A DNA stretch of 63,514 nucleotides, the filler included, from Reticulomyxa filosa (taxonomy: Eukaryota; Protista; Foraminifera), in assembly GCA_000512085.1 (NCBI GenBank). It is 18 parts of 18 records of this genome, joined end to end, with 100 filler letters (N's around TTAATTAATTAA, not from the genome) between each part and the next. Parts side by side here need not be neighbours in the genome. Positions count along the whole stretch, not along the records: positions 24,066 to 32,826 come from ASPP01004990.1; positions 32,927 to 34,315 come from ASPP01027294.1; positions 34,416 to 35,854 come from ASPP01005121.1; positions 35,955 to 39,170 come from ASPP01012158.1; positions 39,271 to 41,438 come from ASPP01024882.1; 13 more parts are not named here. The stretch is one strand, 5' to 3'. Of the stretch, positions 26,318-39,389 are shown piece after piece. The notes under the pieces were generated by a model, which ran no database searches, was not told the DNA's origin, and saw only the letters and a list, made by a program, of their open reading frames with translations. Positions within the stretch are counted from its first letter, which is position 1. Each line of letters begins with the position of its first letter. The position numbers were made by a program, and so were the translations under genes.

Positions 26318-26700
26318 TCATGTCTTTCTTTTTTTTTTTTTTTTTTGCACTCAATTTCTTAAGTCAAACGCAGCGTCAGATTCTATTCATTTCACTGCAA
26401 AAAAAAACAAACTACAGTCAGTACGATACACAAAACAGCAACAATATTACACAACAACTTTTGCAATGAATACATAATCATTTGCATTTGAAACAGTGGT
26501 CATTGCTTTTGTAGATCTTTTCACCTTTTTATAAAAATTATAGAATTATTAAGTATTCAGCTGCTTAAAACAACTTATACTTTTGCTTACTTATTACTAA
26601 AAGACAAGGATATAATCATATCGAGAAGTAATCTTGGTCTTCTTTTTGAAGAGTGAACAAAACAAAGGGAAACCCCGGGGAAAAAAAGAAAAAGAAGAAA

Positions 26701-27389
26701 ATGTCAGGGTGGTTATCTTGGAATAATAATACTTCTTCAAATGATCAATATCGATTATTAGGGTTTATATGTGCTGGAATAATTATACTTATCACAGTAT
26801 ATACCTCAAAACGACGTCCCAAGACGCCACCTCCCCCTTCCAACTTCTACCAGCAACTGAGAAAAGGGGATCTTCAGCCAGCAATAGAGGGATGTGAGGA
26901 AGTGGAATTGAGCGACAACTTGAGTCTATTGACAGCATTTTTGAGTGAGATACCGTTTGGAGGCAATCGTTACAAGCGGGAGTTGTTGGACAAATTGTAC
27001 GAGCGAATAAAGGAGAGTGGATTTTTGCAGCAGTCATTTATGACATTAATATATAGTAACCTTGACGGTCCATTTTTCTACGAAGCATTCCGCAATCATG
27101 GTCAGTTTGAGAAGCTGATAAGTATGTATATAAAGAAAGGAGTAAAACAAGGCAGTTTGATTCCGTTGCAGGCAAGTGTTAAAAAAGTGAACGATAAGAC
27201 TTTGGAATACCACGGCAACAACATATTGGAGCTGTTTTCAGTCCTGGCGTCGGGCAATGGATCCAAAGAGAAAGCAGAGACAGATATAGCAAAGGTACTG
27301 TCCAAAAACAATAGTGCAATATTGCACGTGCAATTACACAATTGTATTTTTTTTTTGAAAATATATGAGACAGACTTACACACACATAA

Positions 27390-27435
<46 letters not shown>

Positions 27436-28536
27436 TAAATATAGATTGAGGCTGGCCTTTGCATAACAATAAAAAATTAGCAAAGATATGCGACATAGCA
27501 ATGGCGTACATATGTTAAGTGATCCAATGACCGGGAATGGCAATGTGAAGAGTGTGGAGGTAGTGAAAGTGTTTAATAGTAATGCCAAACCGCTATTGAT
27601 AAAGTTGAACTTCCACAATGTGTCATCCTTCTCGTCCAGTTGTTCCGAAATGGTATTCAAAACGGGAGACGATCTGCGCAAAGACGCGAGTGTGCTGTCG
27701 ATGATTCAGTTCATGAATTTGCTGTGGCAAGAAAACTCTGCCACCAAACATGTCCACGCGCTGACGTACAAATGCATTCCGATGAGTGGCGACAAATGGG
27801 GAGTGATCGAGTTCGTCCCCAATTGCATTCCTTTGCGAGACGTGGCCTCCTTGAACGGGACTTTGAAAGACCAGCAAATCGACCAACTGATTGCCTCCGC
27901 TGCGGGTTCATTCATCGCTTCTTTTATTTTGGGAGTTTTGCACTGGCTTTGTATGTTCAAAACGTACACTTTGTCAGCCACACATCGAAACAATGTCTTG
28001 TTGCACAATCATAAATTCAGGTACGAGATCGACATTTTGACAATGTACTTATTCGAAAATCCGACGCTACGTTGTTCCATATTGATTTTGGCTACGTTCT
28101 TGGGTTTTGTATTTTCTTGCTTTTTTTTTTTGTTGTTGTTATTATATTTATTTGCAACTTTTTTATTTTTTTTATTTAAAAAAAAAAAAAAAAAAGAGAA
28201 AAACTCAGTGGATTGGATGCGGATGAAATGGCTATCACTAGTGACTTGCAAAAATTAATGGACAAAAAATGGGATACGTTTGTCGGCTTATGTGTGCAAG
28301 CATTCATTGTGTTGCGAAATAATCATCATGACATTGTCCAATTTGCCAAAGTTGCGCTGCCGTGTTTGGAATGGAACTCCGTACGATCGTTTCTCTTGCA
28401 AAAACTTTTGGTTGCTGATGATGTCACTTCGGATGATGCTGCTACACACATTCGAGAAAAAGTTACCAAAGCACCTGGCCGTTGGAAAACTAAAATTAAA
28501 AACACCTTGCACACTTTTGCTGTGAAAAGCATTTAA
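26701..28536 (+). CDS. PI3/PI4-kinase family protein with an N-terminal TM helix
   Basis: SNAKPLLI, FKTGDDLRKD, WGVIEFV, ASFILGV|RDRHFDNVLI (after splicing) and LFHIDFGYVLG. N-terminal LLGFICAGIIILITVY. Confidence 0.88.
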
Positions 28537-29554
28537 TATCCTTTTTTTTTATCGAATACAACAATTTTATGCTGTTTCTTTGTTTTATGGACATGTTTTT
28601 AATTTCTTTTTTTTTAAGAGGTTTTTGATACTACGACAACAACCAAATGAAGTTAATGAGAAAAATTTAAATATTTCCAAATCAATGGTAACTCATGTAG
28701 GAACTCCATCATCACATACAACTTGAAATTTACAAATTGCTCTTTTTGGATACTGCATATGAATATGCAACTTCAAAGTCTAGTAGATTCAGATAACTTT
28801 ACAATAATAATTTGAAAAATAGAAGAAAAAAATTACGTATGGCGATGAGAGGGCAATCCTTTGATGGTTTGTAACTAAAAAAGGTGCGAAGAAGAGCAAT
28901 TTTTGTTCAGACAGCGGAGTGAAACCGTGATAACCTGCAACAAAAAAGTTTTGTCATATCTAATGCGTGACGTGATGAAGGTCGACGTTCGAAGTAAAGA
29001 AAGAGATAAAGCGTCAGCAACCGAACAGTGCGCGACGCAGTGAACGACACAAGCTGACAGTGGACTCAGCGGGGTATTGTTCGATGCGATATACAAGCCG
29101 CATACATGGGGTGACTTGCAAAAGTTTCTAACACTAAATAGCACATTATGAATATAATTAACATTTTTTCAAGTATTTTAAAAAATATATCAGAATTTTC
29201 AAGAGTTTCAAAATGCATTTCATTTTTTTCGACAATTTTTTGTAAATTACAAACTTTTTATCATTTTCTGCAACATTTACATTTAATGTATCAATTTTTT
29301 TGTTTTTAAATACTTTTGTTTGTTTATTTTAAGTTTTTTGTTGTTAGCTTGTCTATATTATTATGATAGCTTTGATATGATTTTTTAAAATGTTATTAAC
29401 ATTTTGGATTGTTATGATTTTTGACAATTACATTTTTGTGTTAACACAATTTTTAATTTTCATGCGCTTTGTTTATGTTACTATATTTTTTTATTAGATT
29501 TCAGAGTTTTCTATGCTTTTGAAAACATCAAACTTCAAAAGATGCAATTTTAAT

Positions 29555-30430
29555 TAAGTCATTGCAATTTTCAATATTTTACACTAATAATCCAATTTTT
29601 GTGGCTTTCGAATACATTGGATTGGTTGTTTCAATATCAATATTCGAATGGTTTTATCAAATGATCCAGAACAAATTGTATATCCATTTCCAGCAATCAC
29701 ACTAATATTATTCATTTTATTATCATTTTTGTTATTATTGCTTTACAATTGTGAAATATCAACACACAAAACACTACCTTCATGTCCATTGAAAACATGT
29801 AATGATTTTGATGTTTCAACATCCCATAAACGAATTGTATTGTCAGCAGACCCAAAACACAAATATCTACCACTGTTAAATAGTGAAATTCAATTCCATT
29901 AACGACACTTGTGTGTTTATTGAATATTTGTAGTTGCTTATTATGTTTGAAATCCCAAAAAGAATAGTTTTGTCGATTGATGAAGAACAAATGACATTTT
30001 GACGATTATTATGATAATAATATGATGAAATTCACACAATTCACTCGAAATGAATGTCCATTGAATGATTGAATTTGTTTGTTGTTGTCAACATCACATA
30101 CACGAACTGTGTTATAAGTTGATCCAAAACAAATGAATTGACATTCATCAAATATTGGATAATCAATACTATACACAATCTTTATATGTCCAGTGAATGT
30201 ATTGATTAATTTGGATGATGAACAAAATGTATCAAACATGAAGACATTAAACACCTATGTTAAATAATATTGTAATGTTTTGATTGACATTTAAGAAAAG
30301 AAGAACAAATGGACTAACATAATTGATAATAAATTTGTCAAAATCTTCGGTCCATCCTAATTTAATGTTCGAATCCAATGATGAATAATGATTTTGATCT
30401 CTTCTTCTTTTGACTGTTTCAGTCATAAAA
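29555..30430 (-). pseudogene. Degenerate WD40-repeat gene of a lineage-expanded family
   Basis: KLGWTEDFDKFIINYV, FMFDTFCSSSKLINTFTGH, KQIQSFNGH, WDFKHNKQLQIFNKH, GYTICSGSFDKTIRI. Multiple frameshifts and deletions. Confidence 0.8.
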
Positions 30431-30861
30431 AGGAAAAACAATAAGAGAAAAACATAAAAAAACGACTTAAACGAAACTTTCATTACTAAGGTAAAGTATC
30501 TTTTTTTCATTGAGATTATCTTTGACGAAAAAGATGCTGTCAAAGTTTTTTTTTAAGATCACGAACGGTCGATAAAAATTCTTTATTTAATAAATATAAA
30601 CTTTGTAAAAAAAATAAGATTTTATCATAACATATTAAAACATCACAACAATAAGAAATAATTTTTCAATTTATTTTTGTCTGAAAGAACATTTGCTTTG
30701 GATTACAAGTATAAATGTTTCAACAGATCGTAATACAATCGTATCAATTTTTTATTAGAAAATATTCACAAGCAAAAACGTGAAAGAAAAGGATATTGTT
30801 GCAATAAGAAAGTAGTCTATGTTAATATTTCATTTCGGAAAAGATCGACTATTTTGCATTA

Positions 30862-31201
30862 CATTACAATGCAAAATAAAGTTGACACATATAACGGCAT
30901 CTATATAGATGGTTGATTTTCTTCATGAAAAAACAACAGCAGACCTAATTTTTTAAAAATATATAAGTATTGAACACTTTCTGAAAATGCTTGAAAAAAG
31001 TTTCAAATTTCATGGTTACGACACATTCACTATTGTCAACTTTTTCTCGAAAATTTTCAAAAATCAAAATGATATTTAAAAACTGCACTATTTGTAGATA
31101 TTTTTTAAAAAATTAGGCATGTGTGTTGTTTTTTCATGAAGAAAATCAATCATTTATATAAGGTGCCGTTTTAGGTGTCAACTTTATTTTGCATTCTACT
31201 G
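30862..31201. mobile_element. MITE, 340 bp, ~110-bp imperfect terminal inverted repeats, TA target-site duplication
   Basis: Left end TA|CATTACAATGCAAAATAAAGTTGACAC... versus reverse complement of the right end TA|CAGTAGAATGCAAAATAAAGTTGACAC.... Similarity extends through GATTTTCTTCATGAAAAAACAAC...CCTAATTTTTTAAAAA. Confidence 0.85.
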
Positions 31202-31481
31202 TAGTTTATTCAACAGCTTCATGTAAATGATAGCTTTTAGTGAATGTATAAGAACCAAAGTATTTATTTCATTATATTGCATATAAAACTTTAACCAAAA
31301 TACAAATCTTCACATTAACTTGATTGAGAAAAAAAACAAAAAAAGAATATCACTTAACAAAAAAGTACAATTGCAACAAAGCAAGCCTATTGTTTCTGCA
31401 AATACTTGAAACAGCTTTAATGCAATATTTGAGAGAAAAAAAAGAAGATGAAAAAAAAAGAAGGAAAAAACAAAAAATATA

Positions 31482-32780
31482 TTAAAAAAATGTGTTGGTG
31501 ATGTCCACTTTGAATTTGTTTACATCGAAGGTATCGTCAGGATTGTTACTGGCAGTATCACTATCTGATTTTTGCCTTCGAAGAACCTTTTTCTTTGCAT
31601 CGTCTTTTCGTAAGTAATCATATGTGACCTGTGGACTTGTGTCTTTTTCATCTGCATGATAGTCAGTCTCCTGCATTTGTTTTCGTTTTTGCTTATAAAT
31701 TAGTTTCGCTTGTCGATTGGCCATTAAAACAGACACCCTTTCGTGTTGTCTATTATTGAATTGATGTTGCACCGATAAATTGCTGACATTGCTATGGCGA
31801 CCCTCTTTTCTCTTTTCTAGTTCTTTCATTTCTTCTTCGGTGGTATGTATTTTTTCTTTTTCCGTTTTACGACCCAATGAATCAAGAAGATCCGATTCAA
31901 ATTCTTTTTCTTTTTTTTTTTGTTTGTTTATTTTGTTTTATCTTTGTTATTGACTAAAATAAAAAAAGAAAACAAACTTGCAAATGGACTGGAATCACTC
32001 AAAGCAGCACTTGGGGAAGGCGAAGGAGATCTGTTTTGATTCGATGGCTCCAACAAGTTGCGCAAACTTCCACCGGTTTTCTTCCCCAGACCGGATAACA
32101 GATCCTTTGGAACACCGGTAGAACGCTTACTAAGCTGCGTATAAAACTCTCCCAACATGTCCGTCTCTTGTGTAGACTGCTGTCTATGCATGCTCGGCGG
32201 CAGTTCATTTTGATTCGAAGTGTTCACAAAGGTTTGCACTGCTGTGACCAATTCCTTCCAAATTTCATCTTTCAATCGCAAGTCAGGATCTGAATGGCTC
32301 CGCTTCCCTCGTTGTGGGAGCAAATGGACCCCCATTGGTTGCAACGTACTCGTTATACCTCCACTGTTGCTTTGATTAGCTTTATTTATTTTTATTTTCA
32401 TACATTTTTTTTTTTTTTTTTTTTTTTATATTTACATATATTCTTTTATATTTACATTTATATTTATACATTTATATATGTATATATTTGGACAACAACT
32501 TGGAATGTTAGACAACGGTAACAATCCGCTCTTGCGTTCATCAGGATCGTGGTCAGGTGTTGAAGCACCGCTGATATCGTGTGCAGAAGCGAGGATATCC
32601 CCAAGAGCTAATTGCTTTGCGTTCACTGCGCCGTTTCCAGAAGACTCAGTTTTTGATGGCATACGCACAGCAGTTGGATGAGACTCCAAGTTGCTGCTAG
32701 TCGGCGGTTTCATTTCGATCAGCTCTGTCTCGTCGATCATATCATTGAACATATCGTATGTAGGCTGTGGTGGCAGCCCA
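31482..32780 (-). CDS. Hypothetical low-complexity, Ser/Pro/charged-rich protein, C-terminal exons
   Basis: Three GC-richer minus-strand ORFs separated by AT-rich intron-like segments, ending ...DITNTFF*. Confidence 0.55.
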
Positions 32781-32793
32781 TTTACATATACAC

Positions 32794-32826
<33 letters not shown>

Positions 32827-34701
32827 NNNNNNNNNNNNNNNNNNNNNNNNNNNNNNNNNNNNNNNNNNNNTTAATTAATTAANNNNNNNNNNNNNNNNNN
32901 NNNNNNNNNNNNNNNNNNNNNNNNNNCAAAAACAGTAACAAATTGGAGAATTGTGAAGCAGATGTAATGGCAAGCACGATACAATCGAATGATCAGTTCA
33001 AATTGTGCAAACGGTCACGAGCGAGTATAGATCCAGCGACATTTTTTTGCAGTCAAATGTTACATGTACCAAGTCGACACAAATGCAGAAATCAGCCACC
33101 AATACTATACATCGTCGCAACAATCGTGCCATTCCAACGTACCGATGCCAAATACAATCAATATCCAATTGCAAATCCGCGCAAAGTCCAAGTACAAACT
33201 CTTGGTGATGATATGCAAATTTCAAAAGCCATTTTGCAAGTGTTGTCCAAGGTTGCAATGTTAAGTTTCTTTTTTTTTTTCTTCATTTTTTTTTTTAATA
33301 AAAAAAAAACAGACAAGACAAAAAAAAAAAAATTTGGATGGATTGTATGATAAAACAGATCACAAGAATGTGCGAGTATGTGGTGAAGAATGGACAAATG
33401 GCGATGGAAACTTTTACACATGGTCAGACTAGCTCTTGCTGGTAGAACTTGTGACGAAAGTTCGTCGTCATGGCCAAATGGCTCAGTACATGCCTTTAAG
33501 GCGAAAGTAGCGCTGTTGGCGCATAAGAGAATTTGAGCAATAACGCACACGACTAGCAATTAAATTGCAAGTCAATCGTGATTGCCCATCTTCTTTTATG
33601 CAACGCAGCAATACTTTCTCCTAGGCGTGGTACTTCAATGGCACTTATGCCTTCAACACATTATCGCGCAATATGCAAATCATTTTCTGACAATTGCAGC
33701 GCTGTGAATACTTACTATTAATTTACAAATCGTGCAAAGTGGATATTCAAATACAAATGTCGGCTATTTCTCGTGATGTCGCCAAGTTAATTTTATTGTA
33801 TTGTAGTTGCAATAATGGATATTATTTTTTTTGATTGTTGATTGTGTATGGTAAATGTTTATGAAACTTAGAGATGAATGTGTTGTGGTTCCTCTACTCC
33901 AATCATTCGCGCCAAATGAATGTACAATATCACCACTCGGTTGTGATTACATAATGCGAGTGGTTCATTGCAATTACACGCGCAAAAAGAAGGTAAAATC
34001 TTTAGTTTTTTGTTTTGTTTTACTTATAACTATGGATTGTGTGTTGTTTACAATATAGTACCACCACTGTCACCAAAAGAAAAGAAGAATACGGGGTAGA
34101 AACCACCCCGTCTCCGAAAGGAGAAACAAAGGTTTGTTTTATATATTTATTTATTTATTAACATGTTTAAGTGTTGTGTGTTATGCGTTGTGTAACATAG
34201 GTTCCCCCCGTCCGTCAACATCATAGTATTTATATATCCCCATCCCCTTCACACAAAAGAAAAAAAAAAGAAAAATCGGGGTTGAAATCCACTCCGTCTC
34301 CGCGAGGAGGAAGAGNNNNNNNNNNNNNNNNNNNNNNNNNNNNNNNNNNNNNNNNNNNNTTAATTAATTAANNNNNNNNNNNNNNNNNNNNNNNNNNNNN
34401 NNNNNNNNNNNNNNNCCATTGCAAATTCATCCACAACAACAAAAATACTCGGCACACCTTTTTTTTTTTTCCTCTCTCTCTACCTATGAATATAGCTTTT
34501 GATCAAATCAAGTCTTTGTCAAACAAAATTAGGTTATTTTGTTGTAAATGGTTTTAAAAAAAAAAAAAAAAATTATCCTCTTCGAAACTCAGACAACTAA
34601 CTCTTTCTTTGCCACATCTTACACATTTTTCCTAGCCGATCAATATTGCCAAACTTTCGTGGTTGTTGTCGGAACCAAAATAAATCGTGGCCATATCAGA
34701 A

Positions 34702-35818
34702 ATGCTTTTTCGCGGTATTAATTTAACTGAAAATCGAATAAAAGTAATACTCAATACGACAATTCGTATCACGTCCTAATTAACTCAGCCTGATCTTTAG
34801 CTTAATGTTGTCTTTTCACTTTTCCACTTGCACTCCTTGCAAATGTGCAAACAAGACCCAAAAGACAGAAACTCAAAGGCTTTTTGTTGTGACGAAAAGG
34901 CCCTTTTTGCAGGGGAAAAAGTTTGGAAAACAACAATGTTGGAAAGTATGGAAGGGACTGGGAAAAGGCGGATGAGGACTGTCGAACTTGTCGTATCATT
35001 GATTTTGCATAAAAGAAAATCTTGGAGTATTATGCCAAGCTTGAATAATGACGAGAAGATTGTGTCGGAGGTGTTCAGACAAGCGTCTGGACAACCAGTG
35101 ACGTATTCTTCGAAGAATCTAACAACATGTAAATGTTCAGGTATGGGCAAACATTTTTTGTGCATTTGATTTTAATTTCCCAAACAAAGAGGGGAGGAAG
35201 GATATAACAATAATCCCATCAAACAAAAGATGAGCCAATGGAAAGACAAATGTTAAAAGTGGCCTCAATATTATGCCAAAGCATGAGAATATCCAAAAGA
35301 GCGTGTAGCAAAAGAAAAAAGAGCCAAGGATGTGGTGGATGACAATAGATTTGGAGCCACTGTTACGGCAGCAAAAAGGAAGAGAAGCGAAGCAATTGGA
35401 AGCGATTGGAGCGAGTGTGATGACGCTATTTTTAAGAAGACAGAGAGAGATGAGTAGTTTGCAATGTAGAATAAGAGTGAAGAATAAGAAGGATGAGACG
35501 ACGATAGCAGCAGTGGAGTACGTACAACTAGCACGACGGTCGACGATGGAGTACGTGCGAATGTATGTGATAAACTGGAGGCTGTTGGAAAGACAGAGGA
35601 CGCACACATCACCAGAAGACGGACTCAAATTAGCGAATGAGTACATCCACATGGGGAGCGAATATCAATGGGGGCACGACGCCATCGAAAAGACAATTGC
35701 GAATTTGGAAAAGGGTTTGGCTATTCAAGTGACACTTTTGGGTTTGGATCATTGGAAAAACGCAAATATTTTTTGTGGTTTGGCACGTATGTACGCAAAC
35801 TTATATCATAATAATACC

Positions 35819-35854
<36 letters not shown>
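34702..35854 (+). pseudogene. TPR-containing gene (kinesin-light-chain-type repeat), interrupted and 3'-truncated
   Basis: LANEYIHMGSEY...IANLEKGLAIQVTLLGLDHWKNANIFCGLARMY. In-frame stops upstream at ~35230-35310. Confidence 0.5.
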
Positions 35855-35954
35855 NNNNNNNNNNNNNNNNNNNNNNNNNNNNNNNNNNNNNNNNNNNNTT
35901 AATTAATTAANNNNNNNNNNNNNNNNNNNNNNNNNNNNNNNNNNNNNNNNNNNN

Positions 35955-36155
35955 TCCAAAAATATTTATTGTTGATGTTTGTCGTGGTGAAAGTATACTA
36001 ACTGCTCATAAAATGACAACGAGAGGAACAAATATAAACAAAGATATATCATTATATGGACATAATGGCGATGGATTTTTGACCATTTGGTCAACTACTC
36101 AAGGACATCAAGTTGCTGATTTTCATTGTTGAGTAATTGTATGACAAAGGTTATC
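35955..36155 (+). pseudogene. Caspase-like (peptidase C14) C-terminal fragment, paralog of 44402-45373
   Basis: PKIFIVDVCRGE...MTTRG...LYGHNGDGFLTIWSTTQGHQVADF aligns with PKIFIIDVCRGE...MAMRG...LLGHNDDGFLMIWSTTQGYQIGDF, then frameshifts and truncates. Confidence 0.85.
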
Positions 36156-36809
36156 TGTAAATTGTTTAAATTCTTCAATTATAATAATAAATTCAAATCT
36201 TATTCATTAAAAATAATTCAAAATAAATCAATATTTAAAATACACTAACGCAGATAAATTAGTATACTTTTTATGATTACGTTTTAATTTTTTGATGCTT
36301 TTTATATTTTTGAATGACAATTTATTTATAACATCCTTGAGAAGTTTGTATACGCCTGAAAATATTTTTTTAAAAAAAGCACAAGCCAAAGATTGCAGAA
36401 GCGAAATCTTGTTCGATCAGTGATTATTTCACTGTTTGTTCTTGTGGAATCATGGTTGATAAAAATGAGTTTGGTTAAAAGAAATGTGCAAAAAAAAAAA
36501 AAAAAGGCTATCAAAAAAATTTAAACTCCAAATTTGCTAAACAATCAAATGAAATAGAGTGTAAATCAGGAGAATAATTGATTCATTAAATTTGAAAAAA
36601 AACATCATTTAAATTAATTTATAACAGATACAAAATCTTTGTTTTAAATCACATTGTAATCTTTAATAAAAAGCTCCCATTGAAATGTTTTCATTAATTG
36701 CAATAATTTTTGATAAAGTTTTTTGTTTTATTTAACTCTTATATTTGTTACATTTTTTGATTGATTTTTTTCTCTGAAGTACTGAATAACTATGCACCCA
36801 ATTATTATA

Positions 36810-38483
36810 CTAGCTCGCTCGTGCATGCATCAGTTGTCGTGCAATTCAATGTCATCGATGCAGCCTATGTCGTGAACAGCTGGACGCTTTGACATGCATT
36901 GCAACTGTGTTGCCTCCAAATTGGTACTGCGCACGCGGATAGACAGTGACGCGTTTTGCTTCACACGGGCGGACAGTTGGTCCGAAGACTGAAATACGTC
37001 CGGATATCAAAGATATCCAAATGATTACCGCTTTGTAGTCCAGTCAATAACACCTCAATGTGTCTCACTGTCAATGTTGACGCAATACAACTTTGCATTT
37101 GCACAGGACATTTTATCAAGGCAGCGCAATTTGGCAGTACTCTTCCGTGCACTTCAATTCCTTGTTCTTGCACTCCGAGTCATACACGTAGCTGTTGTTG
37201 CTGCAAGACATACGCTTCGTTATTAGTAGCAACGTTGGACTGGCTTGTGTAAGTGTATCATTATTATTTATTTATTTTTTAAAATTAAAAAATTTATATA
37301 CATATATGTATATATGTATATGTATATGTATATATATACATATATATAAAGAACATGTTGATGCATGCAACAGATATTGCTCATGGCGAATAATTGGTAC
37401 ACATAGACACGGAATTACACTTATATTTGCGAAGGGATGATGAAGCGACCATATTGCAAACAAATTCGTAATTTGGACTACAATAAATGACAGGCAAGGC
37501 ATACGTATTATTGCATATTATCGTCGCGTTCAATTGGGGATGTGAACATTGGCTGTGGTCATGATTTTGGAGGCAAAACATGACAACGGCTGCGTACAAA
37601 ACAAAGCAAGTGATTATTGAGGTAGCGTGATTTGCATGGAATAAAAGCTGTTGATATCATTTGCATTTGCACTGGAATATAACACGACATTTTTTTTTAG
37701 CATTAGCACTTTTCAGATACGACGCATAAAATGAAGTGCGATGGGCATAAATGATCAATCGATCGGCAATATCTGCGTTGATGATCAACGATCGACACTT
37801 TAGATACTTGCACGACATTGCCAATGATAACACAATCTTCATTGCTATACTTGGTATCATATTCAATTACGTACCAACTATTTCGAGGAGTGCGAGATGC
37901 CGAGGGTGGTTCATACGATCACAATGTTCCACGCGATGCATAATCGTACACACTGTTGTTAGTTTCTGTCAATACACAAAATCGACTCAAGTCGCTTCCG
38001 CAATTCGCGTCAAATCTATATTCGATCCATTCGTCCCATGTATACTCAATCCTCTTCCATTTTCATATCCTAATAACCAAATGTCCACTTTTCTCACTTG
38101 CATGCTCGTTGCATCGATCCGCGCCGAGTCACAACTGTTCTCACCATTACAAAGGATTTCGCAATTCATCTCTCTGCATACTAGCGTATCACTCGCACAT
38201 GCTTCTTGTTCCATCACAATCGTACCTTGTTAGTCCTCCGTCACGTTCTGTTCTTTGCATCTCTTTTCCATGTCAAACACACAATTGCTTATATGTATTT
38301 ATTTGTTTGTTTTTTTTTTTTTTAATAATAATAATAATAACTCGACAATATTGCTAGGAATTGTATTGGAAAACATAAAAGAAACGTTGTTTTTGTTTTT
38401 TTTTGAAGAAGACCCTTAACTCGACAATGCTGTCTCCAATATGAACACAAGCAGCCATAATGATTTCCAAGACAGAGTCATCA
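36810..38483 (-). pseudogene. Secreted Cys-rich repeat (surface) protein, degenerate
   Basis: Signal peptide MMTLSWKSLWLLVFILETALS. Repeats such as EACASDTLVCREMNCEILCNGENSC and CAALIKCP...SC. Several stops and frameshifts. Confidence 0.5.
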
Positions 38484-39270
38484 TTTATCAGACTTCTTTT
38501 CCTTTTTTTTTGAAATAATATTGCAAAAAACGGTCAAAAAAAAAAAGAGAAAGGCTTTCAAAAATTTGGAAAAGTTCAAAATAGACTTTTACTAAGTAGT
38601 TACTGCTTATATTTTTTTGGTGTACTTCTGATAAGCTGGTTTCTTCCTGTATAATGCTACGAAAAAGGTTCAATTAGAACAATTGGCAAACATTTTTGTG
38701 AGATTCAAAACATAATTAAAAAATAAAATATTTTAACTAGAGGACTCCAAATTTTTAAAAAGCAAGGCGCATCAAGCAATCTTACATATCAAGTTAGCAA
38801 ATCTCGCCCTAAAATTTGATATAGTGAACTTTAAAGAAAAATAAAAAAAACAAGAACTAAACAAATCTTGTCATCAAACAACCATAACATGCAAACTTAT
38901 TATAATTAATTATAATAAAGATATCATATTTGTTTGTTCAAAAATTAAAAAAACTACGGAAAAAAAAAAGAAGCGATTATTGAATATAGAACAATTTAGT
39001 GCAAAAAAATATCTAAATTGAACAAAAAATAAGCTAAAATTAAAGTGAAATGAATATTTTGTTGTATTTTTGTGCAAATTAGCAACTCAATAAAAAGAAA
39101 TAAATATTTTATTTATAAATGGAATTATAATTTATATGTTTAAATAATTTTTTTTTGCGTTTTATTATTTNNNNNNNNNNNNNNNNNNNNNNNNNNNNNN
39201 NNNNNNNNNNNNNNTTAATTAATTAANNNNNNNNNNNNNNNNNNNNNNNNNNNNNNNNNNNNNNNNNNNN

Positions 39271-39305
<35 letters not shown>

Positions 39306-39389
39306 GAAAAAAAAATTTACATATATGTTATATACATATATATTTTCTAATATCAAACAATGATTTTTAAAAAAAAAAAAAAAAAAAGA

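Noticed and set aside
28840-29150. GC-richer island as an ncRNA or gene (similar islands at 32927-33800 and 48440-49080)
   Set aside because: No recognisable motif, structure or convincing reading frame, so a call cannot be supported.
35200-35330. Alternative genetic code or stop-codon readthrough to explain in-frame stops
   Set aside because: Conserved genes in the window end normally with TAA, TAG or TGA and have no internal stops once introns are removed. Stops cluster in decayed copies.
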